A DNA stretch of 55,493 nt from Myxococcota bacterium (GTDB lineage: Bacteria; Myxococcota; Myxococcia; Myxococcales; Myxococcaceae), in NCBI GenBank assembly GCA_049322255.1, contig JBMORE010000178.1, positions 1 through 55,493 of the forward strand, in the 5' to 3' direction. Made by a program: the position numbers and the translations under genes. Of the stretch, positions 21,035-30,551 are shown piece by piece; within the stretch, counting starts at the first letter, position 1; each line of letters begins with the position of its first letter. The notes under the pieces are model-generated. The model was not told the origin of the DNA. It made no database searches and saw only the letters and a list, made by a program, of their open reading frames with translations.

Positions 21035-22420
21035 ATGGAGGTAGCGGTCGCAGTTCAAGATAGAGCCGCTGCGAAGAGGGCGAGCAGGTGTGCCTCTCGG
21101 AGCGTGGCCCTCGTGATCGTCGCGCTGTTTCTGGCATGCGGTTCTGCCGCCGTTGCGGCCCCGACGAAGGCGCCCGAGGTCAAGGCGTACGAGGAGGCGA
21201 ACGCGGATCTTGAGAAGCTCGATGACGAGTTAGGCAAGCGGCTCCAAGCATGGCTGACAAGTGACAATCCGTACCGTCGGCAGACCGCACTCCTGCGTTA
21301 CCGCACCTTGCCTGGGGTGCTGCCGCCGACAGCCATAGATCCGCTCTTGTCTCTGCTCGATGATCAGACGAAGAGACCGATCGGTTCCTGTGTCTATCTG
21401 GTCCATCGAGATCGGACGGGCCAGCCCATGGGAGAGGGCGTGTACGAGGATCTGGCCGACTGTGAGCGGAATAAGCGCAGCAACGCCGACCTGGCTGCAG
21501 AGCTGCTCCCACACGTAGCGCAAGGAGCGAAGGTTCGCGATGTACTGTGCACGAAGGTCATCGCGACAGTCGGACGGAAGCCTCAGCATGCCGACCAGCT
21601 GCTCCCCACCGCTCGGACAGCGTGCAGCTACCTCGAGCTGCTGCGGGCAGTTTCCCAAGGTGCCACGCCGGCCGCAAGCCAGGCGCTCATTCGCATCTTC
21701 TTGGCGATTGGGGTGAGCCCGGACGAGAAAGAGCTGGCGGGTGTTCTTCCCTTGCTGAGCTCCTCGGATCGTGGAACGCGCGGGCTCGCCGCAATGGCCG
21801 TTCTACTGGCTGGAAAGCGTCAGGGCGTGAAGGTTCCACTCCAGGATGCGGTGAAAATACTCACCGAAGCCGTGGATGACGATAAGGCCGACGACATCCT
21901 GCGCGATCTCCCATTGATAGGTGAGGCCGCCGCGCCTCTCGGTCCGGCGCTGATCCGACGGCTGGAGCGGCCACAAGCCGTCAACCCGCATGCGACTCTC
22001 CAGGCTGTCGGTGCTCTGCGCAAGCTGCCTCCAGGCGGGTTCAAGCAACTGGCTCGCATGCTGGAAGGAGACTTCCCCGACCACGTCCTCCGCGCGATCG
22101 CCACACTTGAAGCGAGCGACGCGCGGAAGTTGCGCTCCCAGGTGCTGAGGGTGGCCCAACGGAGAAACCGCCGGCAGACAGAACTGGGTTTGCCGGCGAC
22201 CGACCTATCGTTGGCGCTGCGTGCTCTGCAGGCGGCAGATGCGCCGCTCTCCTCGGCAGAGTTCCAGGCCCTCGATCGCGTTTACCAACACGCATGCCTC
22301 AACCAGCCGGCGAGCTACCACGACGAACCGAACGAGGAGTGGTGTTCGGAGGCCGAGAAGTCGCTGACGGAGCTCGCGCTCGAAGGCGGGTTCCGATTCG
22401 CGCACCCGTCGGTGTACTGA
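21035..22420 (+). CDS. Orphan exported alpha-helical (HEAT-like) protein
   Basis: Long ORF, signal/lipoprotein-like segment VALVIVALFLACG, Leu/Ala-rich helices, more A/T-ending codons than neighbours; start uncertain. Confidence 0.7.
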   Translation: MEVAVAVQDRAAAKRASRCASRSVALVIVALFLACGSAAVAAPTKAPEVKAYEEANADLEKLDDELGKRLQAWLTSDNPYRRQTALLRYRTLPGVLPPTAIDPLLSLLDDQTKRPIGSCVYLVHRDRTGQPMGEGVYEDLADCERNKRSNADLAAELLPHVAQGAKVRDVLCTKVIATVGRKPQHADQLLPTARTACSYLELLRAVSQGATPAASQALIRIFLAIGVSPDEKELAGVLPLLSSSDRGTRGLAAMAVLLAGKRQGVKVPLQDAVKILTEAVDDDKADDILRDLPLIGEAAAPLGPALIRRLERPQAVNPHATLQAVGALRKLPPGGFKQLARMLEGDFPDHVLRAIATLEASDARKLRSQVLRVAQRRNRRQTELGLPATDLSLALRALQAADAPLSSAEFQALDRVYQHACLNQPASYHDEPNEEWCSEAEKSLTELALEGGFRFAHPSVY

Positions 22421-22602
22421 TAGGGCTGTCCTTCTGGTCTCCTGGACGGACCGACAAATTCCGCTCGGCGGTTCGCATGCCCGCAGGGAGGACTACGGCT
22501 GTTTTGGCACCGAGGTGGTTTCGCCCGCAAAGGGATCGTGCGGCGCGTCGACGGCGGCGAAGCTGCTCCCTAAGTCGGACATCTTGTCGCCCGGCTTTCA
22601 CC

Positions 22603-24081
22603 CTATGCATCACTCTGTAGCCGGAAGATCTGCCGCAGCCGGCTGAAGATGCGCCTGGCCTCGGGCGCGGAGTCGCTCGAGGTGGCGCTGGACTCAGCCG
22701 CGGCGCGGAGGGCCGATCTCCGATGGGCGAGCAGCGCCGAGAGCTGGTTAGCCAGCTCGGGATGGGCCTCGAACATCCGAGCAAACACCGGCCGATCGAT
22801 TTCCAAAAGCTCGGTGTCGCTCTCGGCGACGACGGTGGCGGACCGCGGCTCTCCTGTCAGAAGAGACATTTCCCCGAAATATTGCCCGCGGCCAAGCCGG
22901 CTGACCTCGATCGGTGGGCTGCCCGTCCGCACCGACACCTGCCCGGAGCTGACCACGTAGAAGGTGTTCCCCGCCGCTCCCTCGGAGATGATCGATTCAC
23001 CCCGACCGAACTGGCGCGGCATCACCTGGCTGGCCACGCCCTCGATGTCTCCCGGCGAGAGGTTGGCAAAGAGGTCCACGGTGCGAAGGAGCGAAACGAC
23101 TTCGGTGCGTTGCTCGGGAGGTGACTCGCCCGAGCGCAGGTGCATCACCCGCTGGGGATAAGGAATTTCGATGCCAGCGCGGCGAAAGCGGTACCAGAGC
23201 CTGGTCCAGATCTCCTCCATCACGTTGTCGCAATGGGCGAAGTCGGAAACGAAATAACGGATTTGATAGCGCACCGACGACTCGTCGAAGTGCCAGGTGC
23301 GACACCTGGGAGGCGGATCTGGCAATAGATTTGGAATGTCGCGCAGCGCCTCCAGCACCGCCGCCTTCACCTGATTGGGAGGGTTCTGGTACGAGACGCC
23401 GAAATACAGGTCCAGCGCAACCGGCAACCCCGCCCGGGAGTAGTTCTTCACCGCCTCCTTGGAAAGAATCTGGTTCGGGAGGGTGACGTGTTCCTTGCGA
23501 AACGTCTCGATGCGCGTCGCGCGCCAGGCGATCTGCACCACCCGGCCGGTGTGCTCCTTGATCGACACCCAGTCGCCGACCTGGAAGGGCCGCTCGAGCT
23601 GAACGGAGAGCCCGGCGAAGAAATTGCCAAGGGTGTCTTGCAGCGCCAGGCCGATGACCACCGAGACGATCGCCGAGGTGGCGAGCAGGCCGGTCAGATC
23701 GATCCTCAACTGCGTCTTGACGATAGGAATCGCCACCAGCGCGTACAGCGAGAAGTCCAAAAGGTCGCGCAGGATTTTCGGCGTCTGCACGCGCCGAAGC
23801 CGGACCAGGTAGAGCATCACCGAAATGGCCGAGCGAATCAGCCCGAAGGCGAGCGCCAGCCGCCACAAAAGCCCCAGCCACGCAGCGGCTCCTGACGGCA
23901 GCTGTCCGTGCAGCGCCCAGTCAATCACCCGCAGCACAGCAAAGACTAAAAGGAGCACGATCGCTCCCCGGAGATCCTTGCCGAATTCACGGTCAGCGCT
24001 GAAAAGACGCGCCGCGAAGAGCGCCAGCGCCAGCAGGGCCCCAACAATGAGGAACCAGTTGCTCTGAAGAAAGTCCGTCAA
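22603..24081 (-). CDS. MscS-family mechanosensitive channel with C-terminal cNMP-binding domain
   Basis: GLALQDTLGNFFAG, RPFQVGDW and GIEIPYPQR motifs; FGEMSLLTGEPRSATV. Confidence 0.95.
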   Translation of the reverse strand: MTDFLQSNWFLIVGALLALALFAARLFSADREFGKDLRGAIVLLLVFAVLRVIDWALHGQLPSGAAAWLGLLWRLALAFGLIRSAISVMLYLVRLRRVQTPKILRDLLDFSLYALVAIPIVKTQLRIDLTGLLATSAIVSVVIGLALQDTLGNFFAGLSVQLERPFQVGDWVSIKEHTGRVVQIAWRATRIETFRKEHVTLPNQILSKEAVKNYSRAGLPVALDLYFGVSYQNPPNQVKAAVLEALRDIPNLLPDPPPRCRTWHFDESSVRYQIRYFVSDFAHCDNVMEEIWTRLWYRFRRAGIEIPYPQRVMHLRSGESPPEQRTEVVSLLRTVDLFANLSPGDIEGVASQVMPRQFGRGESIISEGAAGNTFYVVSSGQVSVRTGSPPIEVSRLGRGQYFGEMSLLTGEPRSATVVAESDTELLEIDRPVFARMFEAHPELANQLSALLAHRRSALRAAAESSATSSDSAPEARRIFSRLRQIFRLQSDA

Positions 24082-24161
24082 ATGGGTCGCGCAGTCTTCA
24101 GAAAGTCATCCGGCTGGTCAAGGTTGACCGTCGAGCACGTCGACGCCGGCGAAGCTGCTCA

Positions 24162-24638
24162 TCATGGCTCGATGTGAATGATCCGTGGCTTCTTGAGCCG
24201 TACCCAAGACGCGAGCTTGCCGATGTCTTCATCGCTCGCCAGGGCAATACAGCCCTGCGTCCAGTCAATCGCGCTGTTGATCCGGCCGGCCCAAGTAAAC
24301 GCGCGCGCGGGGCCATGCACACCGATATCCCCTCCGGTGTAGCCCTTCGCAGCCTGTTGTGGAGTCGGATATGCGATCGGGATGAACATGCCGAACTTCT
24401 TCGACGCGCGCGGCCGGCCCAGCGGATAGCTGCCCAGCGGTGTCTTGTTATCTCCCCGCTTCGTCTTACCGGTGCCGCCCTTACCCAGCGAAACAGCGTG
24501 CGATTGCACCATCTTGTCGGCCTCGCACTGAATGAGCAGGTGCTCGCCCGTGCTCACAACAAGCGCGGTGCCACGCCCCTCACAGAAAGAGTCTGCCTGT
24601 GCGAGCGCCAGCGTGGCGATGAGAGCGAGTACGGCCAT
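24162..24638 (-). CDS. L,D-transpeptidase (YkuD) family protein
   Basis: GDNKTPLG, IGVHG and WTQGCIA (His...Cys) motifs; signal peptide. Confidence 0.9.
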   Translation of the reverse strand: MAVLALIATLALAQADSFCEGRGTALVVSTGEHLLIQCEADKMVQSHAVSLGKGGTGKTKRGDNKTPLGSYPLGRPRASKKFGMFIPIAYPTPQQAAKGYTGGDIGVHGPARAFTWAGRINSAIDWTQGCIALASDEDIGKLASWVRLKKPRIIHIEP

Positions 24639-24641
24639 TGT

Positions 24642-25979
24642 TCATGGCTCGCGCCACAGGAGCACCCCGGGCTTGATCTGTGGGTTCGCCCGCTGCTCGT
24701 AGAGGAAGACCAAATTCAGCTTGTTGGCTCGGTCGAAGTACAGCGTCGCCCACTTGCCGGCATAGCCGAAGAAGCGGCCGCCATCGGGGCTGCAGACGGT
24801 GAAGGTGGTGCCGTCGGTGGAGCGGGCGAGCTTCGGTCCTCCGCACTGCTGCGCTGGCTGGGTGGCGCTCTCGAACGACGCCACGATGGCGACTCTCCCG
24901 TTCGCGTCGAGATCGATCGACTGATACCAGCGCGTTCCTTCGGGAGCGCTCACCGCTCCGTTCCGCGGAATGGCCACCGGCGCCGCGAAGCTCAAGCCCT
25001 GCACATCGAGGCCCGCGCTGTAGCGAAGCTGTGCCGCCGGATCGCTCCCTGCGAGGTGATAGGCGAGGTGCGGGGTGTTGCCTCGGAAAGTCAGGCTCAC
25101 CGAGCCGTCGATGTCTACCTGTCCTTCAGAGTCGACCACCTTCCCTGCCGTCGCGGTCCCGGGCCTCCAGAACGCGAGCGTTACCGTGGGTGAGGCGGTC
25201 GTCTCGAGGAAGTACGCCAACCCGGGCTTCCCATCTGCATCCAGGGCCATCGCGATCGGTTTGGCGGGGTTGGCGTCGGTTCCGGCAAGCAGCGGCACCG
25301 CCGTGGCGGAAGAGAAAGCTCCCGAGGCGAGCCGCGAGCGGTAGAGCACGGCTCCGCATTGGGCACCGGTGCAGCGCTGGTTGGCCTGATGGTAGGCAAG
25401 ATGGACTTCTCCGCCATACAAGGCGAGCACCGGGTCATTGAGCGTCTCGTTGCCCGGCGCGCTCGCGGTTTCGATCGACCAGTTTTCACCCTCGTCATCG
25501 CTCAGCGCGAGGTTCACCTGAGTCGCCGACGCGAGGTAGGCGACGGCGAGCACGCCGGTGACTGAATCACGCGCGATGGCTACCTGCCGATGTGGGTGGG
25601 AGGTGTCGATCTGCCCCACTACATCGACGGTCCTCGGCGCCTCCCAGGCCTTATCCACGCCATTCCAACGGGTGAGCTCGACGCAGGTGTCAATCGCTAT
25701 GCCGTCGCCATTGGGGTCCTCGTGCACATACGCCACGAACGGCTGCTCGTTTTGATCGAGCACCATCGCCACCGAGGCACCGATGCGGTTCGACGCCCCG
25801 AGGTTGGTGGGCTGTTCAACCACCACCGAGTAGCCGGTGGGCGGCATCTGTCCCGCCGGCCGGGCGGCATCCGTGCCTGCATCGCTGCCGCCGTCGTCCC
25901 TTCCTCCGTCGGGAACGAAGCGTGGGCGTTCGCAGGCAACGGCCATCAGCGCGAAAAGCAAGAACGTCGTGCGGCTCAT
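24642..25979 (-). CDS. Hypothetical lipoprotein, probable beta-propeller
   Basis: MAVAC lipobox, DGG linker, repeated LDxxGxPxxAY strands, SDDEGENW Asp-box. Confidence 0.75.
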   Translation of the reverse strand: MSRTTFLLFALMAVACERPRFVPDGGRDDGGSDAGTDAARPAGQMPPTGYSVVVEQPTNLGASNRIGASVAMVLDQNEQPFVAYVHEDPNGDGIAIDTCVELTRWNGVDKAWEAPRTVDVVGQIDTSHPHRQVAIARDSVTGVLAVAYLASATQVNLALSDDEGENWSIETASAPGNETLNDPVLALYGGEVHLAYHQANQRCTGAQCGAVLYRSRLASGAFSSATAVPLLAGTDANPAKPIAMALDADGKPGLAYFLETTASPTVTLAFWRPGTATAGKVVDSEGQVDIDGSVSLTFRGNTPHLAYHLAGSDPAAQLRYSAGLDVQGLSFAAPVAIPRNGAVSAPEGTRWYQSIDLDANGRVAIVASFESATQPAQQCGGPKLARSTDGTTFTVCSPDGGRFFGYAGKWATLYFDRANKLNLVFLYEQRANPQIKPGVLLWREP

Positions 25980-27121
25980 GTGGTGGTCTTGAAGAGGTCG
26001 CGGGCTATCAGCATCCGCTGAATCTCGCTGGTGCCCTCATAGATCGTCTGCACCCGCGCATCGCGCAAGTAGCGCTCGACAGGGAACTCGTCGACATACC
26101 CATAGCCGCCGTGAATCTGTACGGCCTTGTCGCAGACTCGATTGGCCATCTCGGCTGCAAAAAGCTTCGCCATCGACGCTTCACGGGTGAACGGACCGCC
26201 GCCTTCCTTTTTCTGCGCGGCGCGCAAGGTGAGCAGCTCGGCGGCGGCAAGCTGCGTGGCCATGTCCGCGAGGAACCAACGCAGGGCCTGAAACTCTCCG
26301 ATGGGTTTGCCGAAGGCGTGCCGCTCTTTGCAGTACGCCACCGATGCCTCGAGCGCGGCGCGAGCGACGCCGCAAGCCTGGCTGGCGACACCGATGCGGC
26401 CTCCGTCGAGCGCGATCATCGCCAGCTTGAAGCCGTCACCCTCGTCGCCCAAGAGATTCTCCGCCGGAACCTCGCAATCCTCGAAGGTGAGCGACACCGT
26501 ATTCGAGCCGCGAAGGCCCATCTTGTTCTCGGGCTTGCCGATGTGCAGCCCCGGCGTCTTCCCCTCGACGATGAAGCAGGAGATGCCTGCGCTCCCTGGG
26601 CCACCGGTGCGTGCCCACACCACCATCACGCCCGCGTGGGCGCCGGAGGTGATCCACTGCTTGGCGCCCTCGAGCACCCAGCGGTCCCCTCTTCTCGTCG
26701 CGGTGGTGCGCAGCGCGGCGGCGTCGGAGCCGCAGTGAGGCTCGGAGAGCGCGAACGCCCCGGCGATTGCCTTGCCGGACACCAGGGGGGTGACGTACTT
26801 CTTCCGCTGCTCCTCGGTGCCGAAGCGGCAAATCAGCTCGGCGCACATGTTGGTGACCGCCATGCCCACCGAGGTCGAGGCACAGGCGGCGGAGATCTCC
26901 ATCATCGCCAGCGCGTAGCTGACCACTCCCGCGCCTGCGCCGCCGTACACCGGTGGGACATTCACTCCAAGCAGGCCCAGCTCTCCCATCTCTGGGTACA
27001 GCTCTGCGGGAAAGCGCTCTTCGCGGTCATGGACCTTCGCCCGTGGGGCAACGCGACTTTGGGCGAAGCTGCGCGCGGTGTCGCGGATCAGCTTCTGCGT
27101 CTCGGAGAGCCGGAAGTCCAC
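25976..27121 (-). CDS. Acyl-CoA dehydrogenase
   Basis: FALSEPHCGSD, GAKQWIT, GGRIGVA, QIHGGYGY and IYEGTSEIQ motifs. Confidence 0.97.
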   Translation of the reverse strand: MDFRLSETQKLIRDTARSFAQSRVAPRAKVHDREERFPAELYPEMGELGLLGVNVPPVYGGAGAGVVSYALAMMEISAACASTSVGMAVTNMCAELICRFGTEEQRKKYVTPLVSGKAIAGAFALSEPHCGSDAAALRTTATRRGDRWVLEGAKQWITSGAHAGVMVVWARTGGPGSAGISCFIVEGKTPGLHIGKPENKMGLRGSNTVSLTFEDCEVPAENLLGDEGDGFKLAMIALDGGRIGVASQACGVARAALEASVAYCKERHAFGKPIGEFQALRWFLADMATQLAAAELLTLRAAQKKEGGGPFTREASMAKLFAAEMANRVCDKAVQIHGGYGYVDEFPVERYLRDARVQTIYEGTSEIQRMLIARDLFKTTT

Positions 27122-27577
27122 CTACTCGATGGCCTTGAGGTTGAAGGGATACTCGATCGGGCGGTTCTTCCCATCGGGAGGTTTGGGGAAGCTCATCGTC
27201 GACAGCACCGCTACGACGCAGTCGTGCAGCTTCGGCTCGCGCAAGGTAGTCCCCTTCTTCTCCACCCGTGCCTTGGACACGATTCCCTCCGGAGTGATGA
27301 CCCACTTGGTCATCAGCTTGCCGGCGACCTTCTTCTCCTTCCCCGCCAGCGTTTCCTCGTAGCAGGACTGAATCTTCGGCAAGTGGTAGGTGACCACGGC
27401 GCGAATCGAATCGGGAGTGAACGGCATCTTTTCGATGTCGGGCGCGTTGGGGTCGGCGGTGGCCGCTTGGGTGTTGGTGGCGTCCTTGATCAGCTCCTTC
27501 ATCGTTCCGCTGGCAGCCTCTTTCTGCTGAGCGAGCACCGGGAGCGCGGCGAGGACAGCGGCGAATGCGAAGCGCAT
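27122..27577 (-). CDS. Exported AgmX/PglI-type (TonB-C-like) domain protein
   Basis: Signal peptide; IQSCYE...GKL..KWVI.PEG.V...CV...MSFPKP...IEYPF pattern. Confidence 0.8.
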   Translation of the reverse strand: MRFAFAAVLAALPVLAQQKEAASGTMKELIKDATNTQAATADPNAPDIEKMPFTPDSIRAVVTYHLPKIQSCYEETLAGKEKKVAGKLMTKWVITPEGIVSKARVEKKGTTLREPKLHDCVVAVLSTMSFPKPPDGKNRPIEYPFNLKAIE

Positions 27578-27580
27578 GGC

Positions 27581-28723
27581 TTACTCCTTGAGCAGGTTGC
27601 TGGAGATGACGATGCGCTGGATTTCGCTCGTCCCTTCGTAGATTTCGGTGATGCGCGCGTCGCGTACGTGGCGCTCGACGTCCATCTCTTTGCTGTAGCC
27701 CATGCCTCCGTGAATCTGGAGGGCCTTGTGGCAGACGCGGGTGGCCATCTCCGAAGCGTAGAGCTTGGCCATCGAGCTCTCCAGCGAGTGGCGCACGCCC
27801 TGGTCCTTGAGCAGCGCCGCCCGCAAGGTGAGCAGCCGCGCCGCGTCGAGCTCAGTAGCCATGTCGGCGAGCATGAACTGAATCGCCTGGTGCTCCCGAA
27901 TGGGCTTACCGAAAGTCTTTCTCTCGGCGGAGTACTGCAGCGCTTCTTCGTAGGCGGCGCGGGCGATGCCGATGGCTTGGGCGGCGATGCCGATGCGGCC
28001 ACCATCGAGAGTGCTCATCGCCACCTTGAAGCCGTCGCCTTCTTTGCCCAAGAGGTTCTTCGCCGGGACCGCGCAGTCCTCGAAGTAGATGGTGCAGCTC
28101 CAGGCCGCGCTGATGCCCATCTTCTTGTCGGGAGGTTGGCGGTTGAACCCCGGGGTATTGGTGGGGACGATGAAGGCGGAGATGCCCTTGTTGCCCTTTG
28201 CCTTGTCGGTCATCGTGAAGAGCACGATCGCATCGGCCTTGGGGCCCACGGTGATCCAGTTTTTCGAGCCGTTGATGACGTAGTGGTCGCCCTTCTTCAC
28301 CGCGGTGGTCTTCTGCGCGGCGGCGTCACTGCCCGCCTCGGGCTCGGTGAGGCCGAAGCAGCCCAGCTTCTCTCCGCGGGCGTAAGGCAAAAGAAACTCG
28401 CGCTTCTGCTCGTCGGTGCCGAACTTGAGCACCGGGTCGCAGTAGAGCGAGTTGTTCACGCTCATGATGACGCCGGTGGAGCCGCAGCCGCGGCTGATCT
28501 CTTCGATCGCCAGCGCGTAACAGACGTTGTCCAGCCCGGCACCACCCCATTCTTCGGGGACGGCGACGCCCAGAAGCGATAGCTCGGCGAGCTTCTTCAC
28601 CGCCTCCGCGGGCCACTCATGACGTTCATCCCAACGCCGGGCGTTTGGGGTGAGCTCTCGCGCCGCCAGCTCGCGGCAAACTTTCTGGATGTCTTGCTGG
28701 ATGTCCGTGAGCTCGAAGTCCAT
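27581..28723 (-). CDS. Short-chain (butyryl-CoA-type) acyl-CoA dehydrogenase
   Basis: FGLTEPEAGSD, GSKNWIT, LDGGRIGIA, QIHGGMGY and IYEGTSEIQ motifs. Confidence 0.97.
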   Translation of the reverse strand: MDFELTDIQQDIQKVCRELAARELTPNARRWDERHEWPAEAVKKLAELSLLGVAVPEEWGGAGLDNVCYALAIEEISRGCGSTGVIMSVNNSLYCDPVLKFGTDEQKREFLLPYARGEKLGCFGLTEPEAGSDAAAQKTTAVKKGDHYVINGSKNWITVGPKADAIVLFTMTDKAKGNKGISAFIVPTNTPGFNRQPPDKKMGISAAWSCTIYFEDCAVPAKNLLGKEGDGFKVAMSTLDGGRIGIAAQAIGIARAAYEEALQYSAERKTFGKPIREHQAIQFMLADMATELDAARLLTLRAALLKDQGVRHSLESSMAKLYASEMATRVCHKALQIHGGMGYSKEMDVERHVRDARITEIYEGTSEIQRIVISSNLLKE

Positions 28724-28784
28724 CGGCACTCCCCGTGCGAAAGGCCGGCATTCTATTCACCGGGGCAGCAAGGTACAGGACAGT

Positions 28785-29567
28785 TCAGCGGCCGTGGAAA
28801 GCCGCTGGGCGCTTCTCGAGGAATGCCTTCATTCCTTCCTTCTGGTCCTCGGAGCCGAAGAGGAGCGCGAAGGCCTGCCGCTCGAGCGCGTTGCCGGAGT
28901 CTTGGGAGATGTCCGCCCCGGCGTCGATCACCCGCTTGGCCTGGGTGACCGCCAGAGGGCCGCGCTGGGCGATGCGGCCGGCGACTTCCTTGCAGTGGGC
29001 AAGGAGCCTGTCGGGAGGAAGGACTTCGAGCGCCAAACCGATCGCCTTGGCTTTTTGCGCGTCGAGCATGTCTCCGGTGAAGATGAGCTCCTTTGCACGA
29101 GCGCGGCCGACACGGCGGGTGAGCCGCTGGGTGCCGCCGAAGCCCGGGATGACACCCAAACTCACCTCGGGTAGCCCCAGCTTGGCCTTCTCCGAGACGT
29201 AGAGCAGGTCGCACGCCAGCGCGAGCTCGCACCCTCCACCCAGAGCGAAGCCGTTGACCGCGGCGATGGTGGGAATGGACAGCGCCTCCAGCGCGCCGAG
29301 GACGCGGTGGCCGGTGGCGGAAAATTCGAGCGCCTGCGCGGGCGAGTACCCGGCCATCTCGGAGATGTCCGCTCCGGCCACGAAGGCCTTCTCCCCTGCT
29401 CCGGTGACGATGAGGGCGCGCAGCTTCGCGTCGGAGGACGCCTCTTTGAGCGCCTGCTCGACCTCGCGCAGAGTCTGCGAGTTGAGCGCGTTGAGTGCTT
29501 TGGGTCGATCGATGGTGAGGGTGGCGATCGCGCCTTCCATTTCCAGCTTGACGAATTCGAGCCCCAT
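28785..29567 (-). CDS. crt: Enoyl-CoA hydratase (crotonase)
   Basis: RPKALNALN, FVAGADI, GFALGGGCELA and PGFGGTQRL motifs. Confidence 0.95.
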   Translation of the reverse strand: MGLEFVKLEMEGAIATLTIDRPKALNALNSQTLREVEQALKEASSDAKLRALIVTGAGEKAFVAGADISEMAGYSPAQALEFSATGHRVLGALEALSIPTIAAVNGFALGGGCELALACDLLYVSEKAKLGLPEVSLGVIPGFGGTQRLTRRVGRARAKELIFTGDMLDAQKAKAIGLALEVLPPDRLLAHCKEVAGRIAQRGPLAVTQAKRVIDAGADISQDSGNALERQAFALLFGSEDQKEGMKAFLEKRPAAFHGR

Positions 29568-29577
29568 CCACCGCCTC

Positions 29578-30426
29578 CTAATAGGTATGGAAACCGCGGC
29601 CGGTCTTTTTCCCCAGCCAGCCGGCGTCGACGTACTGCCGCAGGAGCGGACAGGGCCGGTACTTGTCATCGCCCAGCCCGCGGTGGAGCACCTCGGCGAT
29701 GTACAGGCAGGTGTCCAGCCCGATGAAGTCCGCCAGCTGCAACGGCCCCATCGGCTGATTGGTGCCCAGCTTCATCGCCTTGTCGATGTCTTCGGCGGTG
29801 CCCAGGCCCTCCATGAGGGCGAAGCACGCCTCGTTGAGCATGGGGATGAGAATGCGGTTGACGATGAACCCGGGGAAGTCACGCGAAGTGACAGTGGTCT
29901 TCCCCATCTTTTCGGCGAGCGCTCGGGTGGCGGCAAAGGCCTCGTCGCTGGTCGCCGCGCCGCGGACGATCTCCACCAGGCTCATCACCGGCACGGGGTT
30001 CATGAAGTGCATTCCCACCACCGCTTGAGGGCGCGAAGTGGCAGCAGCGAGGCGGGTGATGGGAATGGAGGAGGTGTTGCTGGCAAGCACCCCGCCGGGA
30101 CGAACGACGGGGTCGAGGTCTTTGAAGATGCGCTTCTTCAGCTCTTCGTTCTCGGTGACTGCTTCGATGGCGAAGTCGACGTCCTTCGCTGCGGAGGCTT
30201 GGGTCGCGGTGCGCAGCCGATCGAGCGCGGCCTTCTTGCCCGCTTCGTCGAGCTTGCCCTTCTCCACCAGCTTGGCGAGCCCTCCGGCGATGCGTTGAGC
30301 TCCTTTATCGAGCGCCTCCTTCGAGACGTCGACCAAGGTGACGCGCAGCCCGGCTTGGAGCGAAACCTGCGCGATGCCCGCCCCCATCTGCCCTGCTCCC
30401 ACCACGATGATGTGTTCGGTTGCCAT
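29578..30426 (-). CDS. hbd: 3-hydroxybutyryl-CoA dehydrogenase
   Basis: GAGQMGAGIA, SNTSS, GMHFMNP, PGFIVNR and PMGPLQLAD motifs. Confidence 0.96.
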   Translation of the reverse strand: MATEHIIVVGAGQMGAGIAQVSLQAGLRVTLVDVSKEALDKGAQRIAGGLAKLVEKGKLDEAGKKAALDRLRTATQASAAKDVDFAIEAVTENEELKKRIFKDLDPVVRPGGVLASNTSSIPITRLAAATSRPQAVVGMHFMNPVPVMSLVEIVRGAATSDEAFAATRALAEKMGKTTVTSRDFPGFIVNRILIPMLNEACFALMEGLGTAEDIDKAMKLGTNQPMGPLQLADFIGLDTCLYIAEVLHRGLGDDKYRPCPLLRQYVDAGWLGKKTGRGFHTY

Positions 30427-30434
30427 GCGCCGGC

Positions 30435-30463
30435 CTCTTACGCGCGGGCCCAGACGGAATCAA
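30435..30463 (-). promoter_or_regulatory. Putative sigma70 promoter of hbd (leaderless-type)
   Basis: TTGATT-N17-TAAGAG, 8 nt before the ATG, no Shine-Dalgarno. Confidence 0.5.
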
Positions 30464-30551
30464 TCTTGCCGATAAGGGTGCGAACGCGAGGGTTCCGGCG
30501 CTGCAGCCCCGTTGTCGAGCCCCACGCTTTCGATCGCTGCGACTCCGGTCG

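Noticed and set aside
22421..22602. Possible periodic motifs in the gap after the orphan gene
   Set aside because: Could not establish a consistent period or consensus by eye.
25922..28582. 886-aa plus-strand ORF; likewise 29254-31668, 38494-41571, the 5' part of 14329-16764 and many smaller ORFs
   Set aside because: Antisense or alternate-frame shadows of well-supported genes in GC-rich DNA; no recognisable motifs.
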